From Verrucomicrobiota bacterium (lineage in GTDB: Bacteria; Verrucomicrobiota; Verrucomicrobiia; Limisphaerales; AAA164-E04), in contig CP170459.1 in assembly GCA_047947115.1 (NCBI GenBank), forward strand, positions 448,001 through 512,000: a DNA stretch of 64,000 nt, written 5' to 3'. Position 1 is the stretch's first letter; each line of letters opens with the position of its first letter. The position numbers and the translations under genes are program-made. Below, in pieces: positions 21,193 through 31,300 of the stretch. The notes under the pieces were generated by a model. The model saw only the letters and a list, made by a program, of their open reading frames with translations. It made no database searches and had not been told where the DNA came from.

Positions 21193-22635
21193 TCAGACAA
21201 TCGTAGGAACAACGAACGGTTTACGATAAACCCGGGTCAGCATTTCGTTGGCCCGGTCGTTACCAAGGAATGCGGTGCGGGTGGCATCCATCTTCAAATG
21301 CTGTCCGAAAGTTACAGGGGTGGCGTTCAAATCCACGTCGTTGACCTGAATGTGCTCCAGCATTCGACCAATGGATTCAGCAGCCAGTGCGTCTCCTTTG
21401 ATTTCCTCAAGGATTTGCCCCGGTGAGGCATTTCCCCCCAGGTAATAGGAAATATTGCCGGTGTGGCACAAGGCGCTGGACACATGCCCTTCCCAGATGT
21501 CGGCGTTCAAATCTTCGCGCTTACGACTGCGAACGCCTTGGATGAAGTTGGCGAAGTGATCCCCTCCTCCGGAGAATTTGCGAATCTCTTTTCCATTATG
21601 CTCGTAAGCAGTGGCTGTGCTGTAGGAAGGAATCACCATGTAACCATTTTCACAATCCACCACCAAACCGACTTCCACTCCCCGATAGTTGGGACGTTCA
21701 TTGTTTTGGGCATAGGATCCCAACCCACGCACTTCAAAAATCAAAGGAGCTTTTTCATAGTTATGAAAAACGATCTGGGTATTGGCAGTATTCCCGTCAT
21801 CAATGTAACCGAGACGACCACCGATACTGAACACTTCTGGCGAAAGGTTATCCTCACCCAGCACCCAGCGGGCGATGTCCATTTGATGAATGCCCTGGTT
21901 ACCAAGATCACCGTTTCCTGTGTCACGCACCCAGTGCCAATCATAATGCAGTTTTTCGCGCATGAGTGGTTTTAATGGAGCCGGTCCGGTCCAAATATCA
22001 AAATCGATATTCTTGGGAACGGCCTGAGGTCCATCAACTTTACCAATGGACTTGCGCCGTTTGTAACACAGACCGCGTGCCACCCTAATCTTGCCCAATT
22101 TGCCTTGCTGCAGGTATTGAACGGCTTCCTGCATGCCCGGATTGGAACGGCATTGGGTTCCGGTCTGCACGATCTTGTTGTATTTACGGGCTGCATTGAC
22201 GATCTGCTGTCCTTCCCAGACGTTGTGGGAAACAGGTTTTTCGACGTATACATCCTTGCCTGCGAGAATCGCTTCCACACTGATCAGGGAATGCGTGTGA
22301 TTCGGGGTTGCAATGGAAACCACATCGATTTCCTTGTCTTCCAAAAGTCGACGGTAATCGGAATAAGCTTTCAGTTTTTGACCGGGTTTGCTGTAACGCT
22401 CCACGCCCTGCTCCAGCACGTCCAAATCCACATCGCACAAGGCGACGAGTCGAACTCCAGGGAGGTTGCTGAACCCGTCGATGTGACTTTTCCCGCGGCT
22501 GCGGAAACCGACCACACCGACTCGGATTTCGTCATTTGCTCCCAGCACCTTGTTAATGGGGTCAACCATGGCAAAGGCCGCTCCAGCGGCTGCGCTGCTT
22601 TTTAAAAATCGTCGTCGATTCACAGTTTGATTCAT
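21193..22635 (-). CDS. Tat-exported Gfo/Idh/MocA oxidoreductase
   Basis: NRRRFLK; IATPNHTH, DVYVEKP, NQGIHQMD. Confidence 0.92.
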   Translation of the reverse strand: MNQTVNRRRFLKSSAAAGAAFAMVDPINKVLGANDEIRVGVVGFRSRGKSHIDGFSNLPGVRLVALCDVDLDVLEQGVERYSKPGQKLKAYSDYRRLLEDKEIDVVSIATPNHTHSLISVEAILAGKDVYVEKPVSHNVWEGQQIVNAARKYNKIVQTGTQCRSNPGMQEAVQYLQQGKLGKIRVARGLCYKRRKSIGKVDGPQAVPKNIDFDIWTGPAPLKPLMREKLHYDWHWVRDTGNGDLGNQGIHQMDIARWVLGEDNLSPEVFSIGGRLGYIDDGNTANTQIVFHNYEKAPLIFEVRGLGSYAQNNERPNYRGVEVGLVVDCENGYMVIPSYSTATAYEHNGKEIRKFSGGGDHFANFIQGVRSRKREDLNADIWEGHVSSALCHTGNISYYLGGNASPGQILEEIKGDALAAESIGRMLEHIQVNDVDLNATPVTFGQHLKMDATRTAFLGNDRANEMLTRVYRKPFVVPTIV

Positions 22636-22676
22636 AAGATTGTTTCGTTGATTTAATGAAATGTCAGGGATGCCAA

Positions 22677-23654
22677 TTATTCCTTGGCATACAAATCGTA
22701 GCGGTTAGCGACCTGAGCACTTCCAGAGTCTCCACGATGGAAGTAAAATCGATACTTCCAGCTCTGGGATTGTCCGTTCTTGATAATCAAGTTTCCGGTT
22801 CCTGCTTCCTTACGTTCGAAATGATGGACACCAAAAGGATTCGCGGCAAACAAACCGTAATCACGCACATGCCACCAGGTAGGGTGACGTGGATTTTCGG
22901 GATGATCAAAGATGGCCACGCCAACTTCCTTACCTTTGACGGGACCATAGTAGTCCACCCATTTGGCGCGCTTGCCCCAGGTATCACCGTCTTTCACGCC
23001 TTCGCTGTTAACAATATGACCTTGGGCCACTTCACCCTTTAAACGCATGGTCGGAGCCAAACGCAGAGCCATGCTGCCTTCCTTGGTATCGCCCATCACC
23101 ATCTCTCCATGCGAAGCGCGCACCTCGATATCAAAATCAACGATACGTTCGGAGCCTGGGCGGTTGTGGATGGTCATGGCCCTAACATCCGATCCCACAA
23201 TGGTTCCATCCTTGGCAACCAAATGATTCAGGGTTTTGATAACTCCCTTGTTTCGACCGGAACGAATCTGCAGGAAAGCAATGTGCTTGGTCGTGCCGGC
23301 GCGATCAGCTTCGGACCAGAAATCATGCCCGTTGATATCGCCGTGCGCATACCAGAAGGATTTGTGGTGGGGATGATCATGAGCCTCACCTTCTCCGTCT
23401 CCCATAGGCCAGTTCCGCGTCATGGGCAAACTGTCAGGTCCAATCACCGGATGAAAGTAAGGCCGGGTCACATCTTCAAAATGGTAATCGGAAAAGAACT
23501 CACCGTTTATTTCAATACGCAGCTTGCCATCTTGAGGGGATATCAGGACACCCTTGAACGAAGTTTCACCGGCAACGGCATTCACACTCAAAAGCATGAC
23601 TGCAGCAACAAAGCCACATGCCACCCGGACCATCGAATATGGGGAGGAATTCAT
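22677..23654 (-). CDS. Exported DUF6807 ('PmoA-family'-annotated) protein
   Basis: Signal peptide; RPYFHP, DHPHHKSFW, DTKEG, DHPENPRHPTWWHVRDYGL. Start set at MNSSP; the longer track ORF would overlap the divergent gene. Confidence 0.78.
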   Translation of the reverse strand: MNSSPYSMVRVACGFVAAVMLLSVNAVAGETSFKGVLISPQDGKLRIEINGEFFSDYHFEDVTRPYFHPVIGPDSLPMTRNWPMGDGEGEAHDHPHHKSFWYAHGDINGHDFWSEADRAGTTKHIAFLQIRSGRNKGVIKTLNHLVAKDGTIVGSDVRAMTIHNRPGSERIVDFDIEVRASHGEMVMGDTKEGSMALRLAPTMRLKGEVAQGHIVNSEGVKDGDTWGKRAKWVDYYGPVKGKEVGVAIFDHPENPRHPTWWHVRDYGLFAANPFGVHHFERKEAGTGNLIIKNGQSQSWKYRFYFHRGDSGSAQVANRYDLYAKE

Positions 23655-23874
23655 GAATCCGATGATGGGAAAGTCTCTGAATTTTGCAACAAAAACCCAC
23701 GTCAAACTTTTCTGATGATTCCCGCCCCTCAAGCATGATTTTCCAATCATCGGTTTTGGAAATGAGAAATTGCTGAAGCCTGATACAGGCGAATAAAGGA
23801 AGCAAATATTGTCAGGTTCAAACCAAAAAAAGCAGATACAGATCCACGGAATCCATATTAATATAGATTCAACC

Positions 23875-24279
23875 ATGAAAGGAAAGATGATGAAACGGAA
23901 ACTGAACAAACTCTATTTACTGGCTGCAGTCGCAGTCGCCGTTCAATGCTCGGTGAATGTTTTGGCTGCGGAAAAAGATGAAGTCGATCCACGAAGAGTC
24001 ATTCCATTGTACAAGAGGCACTGTGCCATATGCCATGGTCTTGACGGAAAAGGTGAAACCACAGGTGGAGAAAAAGCTGGAGTATTGGACTACACCGACC
24101 CAAAAGTCGGCGAAAAGCTGAAGGACATCAAAAAAGCAACCTTGAGCGTCTCAATGGGAATGAAAGACAAGGAAGGCAAAATGCTCATGGCACCCTTCGA
24201 ACGAAAACTTAAGCCCGCCGAAATTGTCGCTTTGGTTAAATATCTGGAGAAATTCTCCAAGCCCCAAAAAGATTCCTGA
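23875..24279 (+). CDS. Periplasmic monoheme cytochrome c, paralog of 14592-14993
   Basis: Signal peptide; CAICHGLDGKGETTGG; LMAPF. Start could be 23887 or 23890. Confidence 0.87.
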   Translation: MKGKMMKRKLNKLYLLAAVAVAVQCSVNVLAAEKDEVDPRRVIPLYKRHCAICHGLDGKGETTGGEKAGVLDYTDPKVGEKLKDIKKATLSVSMGMKDKEGKMLMAPFERKLKPAEIVALVKYLEKFSKPQKDS

Positions 24280-24344
24280 TCCAACAGAGAATCATTCATT
24301 TAACTACCCAAAACCTCCGCACCCAGTAATGTGGCGTGGAGGCT

Positions 24345-25100
24345 TTATTTTGCGAGTGCCACGTGGAAAATCAACCAATACCCGATGGACATAAGCGTCA
24401 GATCCACGATAATGTGGGAGATCCAGGCTCCAATGAGGGAACGATGTCGAATCATCAACCAGGACCAGATTCCTCCTCCTACTCCGACCGCGATTCCAAA
24501 AACCCACCCCATAGCGCCTTCGAAAAATTGGGTGGTCACCACGATGTGATGGGACGCAAAAGCAAGTGCACCCACCACATGAGCCAGCACTTTGGATTTT
24601 AAAAACCGATGTAAATGTCCAAAAACAAACCAACGCCAGTAATATTCCTCCAGAAAACTATGGAGCAGTGAAATAAAGAGCCCGAACAGGATGAAATGTG
24701 ACAGCACCCCCATCTGCTCCGCCTTATCGCGCACGACACCAGCCTGATCACGAACGGCCTCCCCCAAAGGAGAAATCAGCACCGCCACAATGGCTCCGGA
24801 CATCGCCAATCCCCATCCCGTGCCCTCCGCCAATATTCGTTTACGAAACACCAGGAGTCCCCGGAATCCTTTCAAGTCCTCGCGAAGGATCCAACAAACG
24901 GCAATCAACGGCCACAGAACCGTAAACACCTTGACACCAGCATATACTGACTGCACCCAGCTGGAATTGGCAAACCAGACGAAATAAAGAAGCGCTCCCA
25001 GGAACGGCGTCACCAACGCGGGCAACACGGCGAAGAGCCAAACAGATGGATGTGTATGATCAGATGTTTTCACTATCTTCGAAAGCTTCGCTTCAACCAA
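24345..25100 (-). CDS. CPBP/CAAX-family intramembrane metalloprotease
   Basis: LEEYYWR, FASHH, SHIIVD; multiple TM segments. Start uncertain (TTG 25100 or GTG 25073). Confidence 0.85.
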   Translation of the reverse strand: MVEAKLSKIVKTSDHTHPSVWLFAVLPALVTPFLGALLYFVWFANSSWVQSVYAGVKVFTVLWPLIAVCWILREDLKGFRGLLVFRKRILAEGTGWGLAMSGAIVAVLISPLGEAVRDQAGVVRDKAEQMGVLSHFILFGLFISLLHSFLEEYYWRWFVFGHLHRFLKSKVLAHVVGALAFASHHIVVTTQFFEGAMGWVFGIAVGVGGGIWSWLMIRHRSLIGAWISHIIVDLTLMSIGYWLIFHVALAK

Positions 25101-25379
25101 TCCCTTGTACGCTACAGCAACTGAGTTGTTACATTTTTAAAAACATTGAGGAATTATCTGCCGCCGATAATACATGGACCCACAATCAGCAAAAGTGCAT
25201 ACAGGCGGCACCTGGTAAAAAAACTCACCCAAGCCAACCATGCAAAGCAACCACTACACATTCATTTAAAAACGCTTACAACACAAAGTCGGCACTTGTC
25301 AGAAAATGGAGGACATTTTTTTCCAAATTTCCTGTTGACGCATCCTGAAAATGGCGTTTTATTAGAGCCATAACTTTTA

Positions 25380-25548
25380 GGATTTCCGAGTCGGTGAGTC
25401 TCATTAGCTTGCTTTCTCAAAAAGCTTTTTGGTTGAAGCGGGAGACCGTGGAGATCAGAATCCTGCATTGTCCTACTTATTAGTGTAAATACTGGTTCTG
25501 GAAATTCCCCGGGCCCTTAGCCACCCTCTGGTGATAGGGCCCGGTTTT
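25380..25548 (+). ncRNA. Candidate structured ncRNA or leader ending in an intrinsic terminator
   Basis: 25380-25396 pairs with 25490-25507; internal hairpin GTCTC..GAGAC; upstream TTGACG at 25335. Family not identified. Confidence 0.45.
25509..25548 (+). terminator. Intrinsic terminator
   Basis: CCGGGCCCT..CACC-CTCT-GGTG..AGGGCCCGG-TTTT. Confidence 0.7.
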
Positions 25549-25648
25549 GATGTACCCATGCAACTTTTTCCACAAAAAATTTAGCTCCCCCCACTCAAAA
25601 CAAGCATTTCCGCTTGCGGGATATACTGGCATTCACCACAATTTCGCC

Positions 25649-26215
25649 ATGATTTTGCCCATCGTTAAATATGGTCATCCCACATTGCGACAGAAAGGCG
25701 ACGCTGTGGATACATTTGACGCAGCGTTGGAACAGTTTGTCGACGACATGCTGGACACCATGTACGATGCAGATGGAGTAGGCCTTGCAGCACAACAAGT
25801 AGGTAAAGCAACACAGGTTACCGTCATCGATGTATCCCAGGTGGAAGACCGCCCCTCGACGATGGCCGTTGAAGGAAAGGAAGTCCCCATCCCCGACTTC
25901 ATGCCGTTGGTACTGATCAACCCGGCCGTAAAACCCCTCAACGAAATGGTAAAAGGACCCGAGGGTTGTCTCAGTTTTCCAGAAATCTATGCTGATATCG
26001 AACGCCCTGAATCGGTTGAGGTCAGCGCTCAGGACCACAAAGGGAACTCATTCACTTTTACTTGCGGAGGCCTGCTGGCAAAGGCTGTTCAGCATGAAGT
26101 CGACCATTTGAAAGGAATTCTTTTCATCGACCGAATGGAACGAAAAGACAAGGACAAACTGAGACATATCCTGGAAGCCATGAGGGAAACAACTCAGAAG
26201 GAATTGCCCCAGTAA
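25649..26215 (+). CDS. def: Peptide deformylase
   Basis: GVGLAAQQ, EGCLS, QHEVDHL; start MILPIVKYG. Confidence 0.95.
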   Translation: MILPIVKYGHPTLRQKGDAVDTFDAALEQFVDDMLDTMYDADGVGLAAQQVGKATQVTVIDVSQVEDRPSTMAVEGKEVPIPDFMPLVLINPAVKPLNEMVKGPEGCLSFPEIYADIERPESVEVSAQDHKGNSFTFTCGGLLAKAVQHEVDHLKGILFIDRMERKDKDKLRHILEAMRETTQKELPQ

Positions 26216-26230
26216 CCCTCACCCAGCAAC

Positions 26231-27715
26231 TCAGACATATTGCTTCCTCAAATGAGAGGGAAGAATGTTCAATTCATTTCTATACTTAGCAACGGTTCGG
26301 CGAGCGATTTTGATGTCTTTTAAAAGCAGGTTCTTCACGATTTGATCGTCCGAAAGCGGCTTGGAGGGATCTTCAGACCGAACCATGTCCTGGATAATAT
26401 CCTTAACACTGGCATTGGAAACATTTTCACCCGAAGCAGTCTGAATACCTGAAGTAAAAAAGAACTTCATTTCAAAAATACCCTGGGGACATTGGAGATA
26501 TTTACCAGACACAGCACGACTAACCGTTGTCTCATGCACTCCCACCTGCTCTGCCACCTGCATCATGGTCATGGGCTTCAGATGTGAGATACCATTATCA
26601 AAAAATTCTTTTTGGCGACGAAGAATCTCCTTGGCTATGTTGGTGATGGTTTGTTGCCGTTGATCAATGCTCTTGATGAGGAATTTCCCAGTACGAATCT
26701 TTTCCCTTATGTATTCTTTAAGTTCGGCTGCGCTGGCTGATTCAGATAACAAATCTTTGTAAGTATTACTGATTCGAATTCGGGGAATATGATCGTTGTT
26801 GGTCGAGATGGAATATTCCCCATCTTCATTACGAGTCACAAACACTTCGGGAGCCACATAAGTTTCCCCATCATTTCGATAGGCATTGCCAGGCCTCGGA
26901 TCCAGTCCGCTGATACGTTCAGCAGCTTGAACCACATGCTCAAGAGAAGCCCCTAATTCGCGTGCAATCTCGGGAAATTTCCGCTTGCCAAGCAACTTGA
27001 AGCATTTTTCGAGGATGCGATACTCTAGACTCTGTTCACGCTCATTTCGCGCCAACTGCAGCATCAAACATTCACGCAGATCTCTCGCACCTACCCCGGC
27101 AGGATCAAAACTTTGAATCAGATCAAGAATACTTTGAATCGTCTCGCGCGGTGTGTTGGTGGAAAACACCAATTCATCAACAGATGCCTTCAGGTAACCC
27201 GTCTCATCAATGTTGCCAATAATCAGATCCGCAATCTGCTGGAGAGAGTCATCCAAATCGGACAACCTCACTTGATCCCGCAAGGTTTCCTGAAGAGACG
27301 TGGTGGTTGTCAGACTATCAAACATGTGCTGACGACGTTCCTCATCGTCCTTGGAATGCCTCGGCGCAGGCAAAGCGGTCTCAGAAAAGTAATCACGCCA
27401 TTCCTGATCCATCTGCGACAACTTCTCAATTTGTGACTCCCATTCTTCGGAGGAAGGGCCGTCGTCCCCTGAGGGGAAATCCTCTGAACCGGAATCTCCA
27501 TCGGATGAGCCGTCACCGGAGTTGTCAGAGCTGTCCTTGCTGTTCTGATCTTGCTCCAGAATTTCTTCCAGCACAGGGTTCAGCTCGAGCTCCTGATTGA
27601 CCAGAGCTTTCAATTCCAACATGGGCGCCTGCAACAAAGCAAGCGACTGCTGGAGCTGGGGCGCCAGCATCTGCTGGAGCGCCATTCTCTGTGATAAATA
27701 AAGGCCCTGTGCCAT
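26231..27715 (-). CDS. rpoN: RNA polymerase sigma-54 factor
   Basis: Gln/Leu-rich region I, DPAGVGARDLRECL, VHETTVSRAV, RpoN box ARRTVAKYR. Confidence 0.97.
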   Translation of the reverse strand: MAQGLYLSQRMALQQMLAPQLQQSLALLQAPMLELKALVNQELELNPVLEEILEQDQNSKDSSDNSGDGSSDGDSGSEDFPSGDDGPSSEEWESQIEKLSQMDQEWRDYFSETALPAPRHSKDDEERRQHMFDSLTTTTSLQETLRDQVRLSDLDDSLQQIADLIIGNIDETGYLKASVDELVFSTNTPRETIQSILDLIQSFDPAGVGARDLRECLMLQLARNEREQSLEYRILEKCFKLLGKRKFPEIARELGASLEHVVQAAERISGLDPRPGNAYRNDGETYVAPEVFVTRNEDGEYSISTNNDHIPRIRISNTYKDLLSESASAAELKEYIREKIRTGKFLIKSIDQRQQTITNIAKEILRRQKEFFDNGISHLKPMTMMQVAEQVGVHETTVSRAVSGKYLQCPQGIFEMKFFFTSGIQTASGENVSNASVKDIIQDMVRSEDPSKPLSDDQIVKNLLLKDIKIARRTVAKYRNELNILPSHLRKQYV

Positions 27716-27798
27716 AAGCGAGACACAATATGCACCCAGACGTTGAACTTTTCAAGCCAAACAGGCATGAAGTTTGCTGCACTTTGCAAGTCTTTGAA

Positions 27799-28290
27799 TC
27801 AGGAAGCCTTCTTGCTGGCAGCTTCCTCGGCTTCTCGCTTCAATCGCGAGAAATTCCCCTCCTCACAACAATGCACAAATCCTTCGGTCACAGATTTCAA
27901 CTGCTCCCACCGCTCACGTATGTCCGCAGCTTCGGCATTGTTGATATGGTTGTCGGCAGCCGCGCAAGCCACCACAGACAACAAATCGGCAAACTCTTGA
28001 ATAATGGTATTGGTGGCCGGAATTAGAAAATCAGGATGCGCATGAACATGCTTAGGGTTCCGAATAAAGAAGCCTCCAGCCTTTTCGCATATCCATTGAA
28101 GCAATCGCTGATCCTGCGTACTTTGAATCAGCGCCTCTATACGGTCCAAGGGATTTGGTGTGCCACTACCCGTTTCACCGGTAGCTTCACCCCACTTATA
28201 TATCATGGACAGCGACAAGCCCATGTCATCGGCAATCTGTTTGGGACTGCCATCCTTGAACACATCTCGCAGGAGCTCATGTGACTGCAT
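27799..28290 (-). CDS. Phage CII/CP76-like HTH protein
   Basis: N-terminal HTH PKQIADDMGLSLSMIYKW, NPLDRI, helical C-terminus; family call from memory. Confidence 0.65.
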   Translation of the reverse strand: MQSHELLRDVFKDGSPKQIADDMGLSLSMIYKWGEATGETGSGTPNPLDRIEALIQSTQDQRLLQWICEKAGGFFIRNPKHVHAHPDFLIPATNTIIQEFADLLSVVACAAADNHINNAEAADIRERWEQLKSVTEGFVHCCEEGNFSRLKREAEEAASKKAS

Positions 28291-28295
28291 AAGCC

Positions 28296-28326
28296 ATTAT
28301 AAGATCAGGACTCCCCGGGATGGCAA
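28296..28326 (-). promoter_or_regulatory. Sigma70-like promoter, probably leaderless
   Basis: TTGCCA-N19-TATAAT-N5-ATG(28290); the spacer is long. Confidence 0.45.
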
Positions 28327-28354
28327 GGAAAGATAAGGTATTTAGATTAGATAC

Positions 28355-31300
28355 TCAGGGTGTCGGCAACTGATCCACCCGATAAAAACGAGGAGACTGC
28401 AACCCCCCGGTCAAAGAACCATCGTCACTGAATTCAAATGAATTTGTGCCTGAGGAAACCGTCTCAGGAATCTCCAGCCATGGCCCACCCAAAGCATCCG
28501 CAAAGGATACTCGATAAGCCATACCGGAAACCCCGGTCCACTTCACTTTGACCTGGCCATTTTCAAGCGTCACAGAATCGATGGTTGCGGGAATCACGCC
28601 CCCCCCAACCCCCTGCCCGTCTCCAGCGACAACCCCATCCACCAGCGCAATGCGATAAAACTGATGACTGGAGGGCAGAGCGATGCAATGTGTCAACGAA
28701 TCAACCGAGGCTGCCAAAGAATCAATGACCTCCCATTGATCTGATTGGATGTCAAAAAGGCCTTGAACTTGATAAGATTTACCCTCCAAAGGCTGCCAGG
28801 TCAGACAGATCTGATTGTCACTCACCGCCAGCACCGGATCAATGTAGGAGGAAACCGACGGCTCGGGTTCAAGCCCCGGATCCGGACTATCGGCTAATTC
28901 TGCTATTCTGAAACTTCGATACACTGTCGGCAGTCCCAGGCAATACCGTGTGTCAACCTGATCCGCGGTGACACGCTCTATGTCTTTCCAGTCGGAAGAA
29001 CCCAACACCTCGACACCCTGAACAACGTAAGCACTTCCAGGAGTGGAGGACCACCCCAAACAGAGCTGCCCTGTGTTGTCCAGAGCCAAGGTCGGATCGA
29101 TGAACCCAACCACTTCCTGATTATCCGGTGGTGTCACCACTCCCCCGACACGAACTCGGAAGAAACGATAAACAGTCGGCAGATCTGCACAAAAACGGGT
29201 CGTTTCACCGACAGCCACTACCTGCTCCACTTCCTCCCAAGCAACATCCAGTAATCCCGATCTTGCTTCGATGGTAAACACATCTCCCGCCTGCGAGGAC
29301 CACTCGAGACAGATCTGGTCATCCACCAAACTCAAAACCGCATCAATAAACACATCCCCGTCAACAGGAGGCGGCTCGGAGCCATCACCAGCCCGAACGC
29401 GCAGGAATCGATACTCACTCGGTAGATCAATACAATAGGATGTGGCGCCCGTATCGGCAGTCACGGTTTCAATGACGGTCCAGTCAGATGCATCCAAGGA
29501 TACCACTCCCTCGATTTGATAACTGCGTCCAGCCTCGGAAACCCAATCAAGACAGATTTGCCCCCCTGCCAGACGGAGTGCCACGTCAACGAATGGCCCA
29601 AGTGCCGGTGGTTCACCCTGCTCCCCGGCAATAATCCGGAAATACTGGTAAGGCGTGTCAATTACCACACAATAAACCGTGGATTCGGCAGCAGCCAGGA
29701 CGCTTGCCACGTCATCCCAATCTCCGGCGGACAAGGTTTGTTTACCCTGAACGGTATAATTTCGATTCACCTCCGAAACCCAAGTGAGACACAGTTGATT
29801 ATCCACCAAGGCCAGAACCGGATCAATGGTTGTGGGCACAGGAGGAACCGGTCCGTCAACAGGCTCAATACGGAAATACCGGAACGGCGTATTCACGTCG
29901 ATGCAATACTCCATGACTTCCATTGCCGCCAAAGCTTGCTCGATTTCAGTCCAATCAACATCCGTCAAACTGGTTCTACCCTGAATGCTATACCGTTGAC
30001 CAACTGTCGCATCCCAGCTTAAACAGATCTGATTCCCTTTAAGAGCGACCACTGGATCGATATAGAAGACAGGCGGCTCCGGAGGTTCCTGTTTGGTTCG
30101 TATGACAACACGGAAGATCTGATGTTCGATCGGGAAATCAAAACATTGCTCACTTAAGATATCGGTCGCGACAATCGGGCCAGCCAAACCATCCCATACA
30201 GGGTCAGCTTCCAGCACTTTGCCTTCCACCCAGTATGTCTGTCCCATCTCGGATTCCCAGGAGACACAGATCTGGTTTCCTTGGAAAAGAATATCAGAAG
30301 GCACTTCGATCACATCTTCGACGATTTCCACCTGTTGCTCTGCCTTGATGCGATAATCCACATCTGTAATACCCCTGTTGATCACGGCCAGATACCAGCG
30401 ACCCGACTGCAGTGCCGGGCTTGAATTTTTGGTGAGAACCACAATCTCATCAACAATCCCTGCATTCACACTGGCCGCATCAAAATCACTCAAAGTGGGA
30501 GCGGAATCTAACTTCACCAGCAAATCAATGTTTCCGTTAAGCCCCCCCTCCAGATTGGAGAGAGTGAAGGTGGTGTCCACCGCATTTTGATCCACATCAA
30601 AATAATAGAGCACAGGCACAGTCGGGGCCCCCGGCGGGTTACCAGTGATGACATTCGTAAACCAGACGCCGTTTTCCAAAGGTATCGGCGCAAAGTCCAC
30701 CGCCTGACTGGCCCTGACACGATAGGTAACTTCATCGGATGTTTCACGATTCACAACTGCCATGAACCATTCACCTCCGCTGACCGGAATCGCCGAGCTT
30801 GCGTCCAGCGTGATTCTCTCAATCTCTGACCCACCGTTCTCACTGGAAACATCAAGATCAGCCAAGGTTGGTATAGAGCCCTTCTTGAGAATCAAATCTA
30901 CATTGGCATCATCTCCACCCATGATGGGTTCAACCACGAATTCCACTTCTTCAGCAGCGGGATCTACCACAAACCGGTAATAATCCATTTCCTCGGGGAA
31001 CCCGTCCTGCTTGATGGCGACGGTATTGGTCATCCAAAGCTGGTTCGTCAGCGTGGTTACCCAAGGCGCATCCACTTCCAGGCTCGCGCGAATCGTAAAA
31101 TTCAAATCCTCCGTCCGCTGATTCAATACCGACATGAACCATCGACCACTTACAGAAGGGAGCACATCATTGGTGTGAACGAGAATCTTGCCACTTCCAG
31201 GACGGTCACCGATCACTGTGGAAGAACGATCATTGTCTATCTGTGTTGGCAGTTCTTCCTGTTTGAGAAGGAACTGCGCGTCTCCATCGGCATTTAAAAT

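Noticed and set aside
22677..23654. Methane monooxygenase reading of the PmoA-family label
   Set aside because: Soluble exported protein with no pmoB or pmoC nearby.
27799..28290. Prophage
   Set aside because: No integrase, structural or replication genes.
28358..30310. CRISPR array or DNA tandem repeat
   Set aside because: Repeats are diverged and visible only at protein level.
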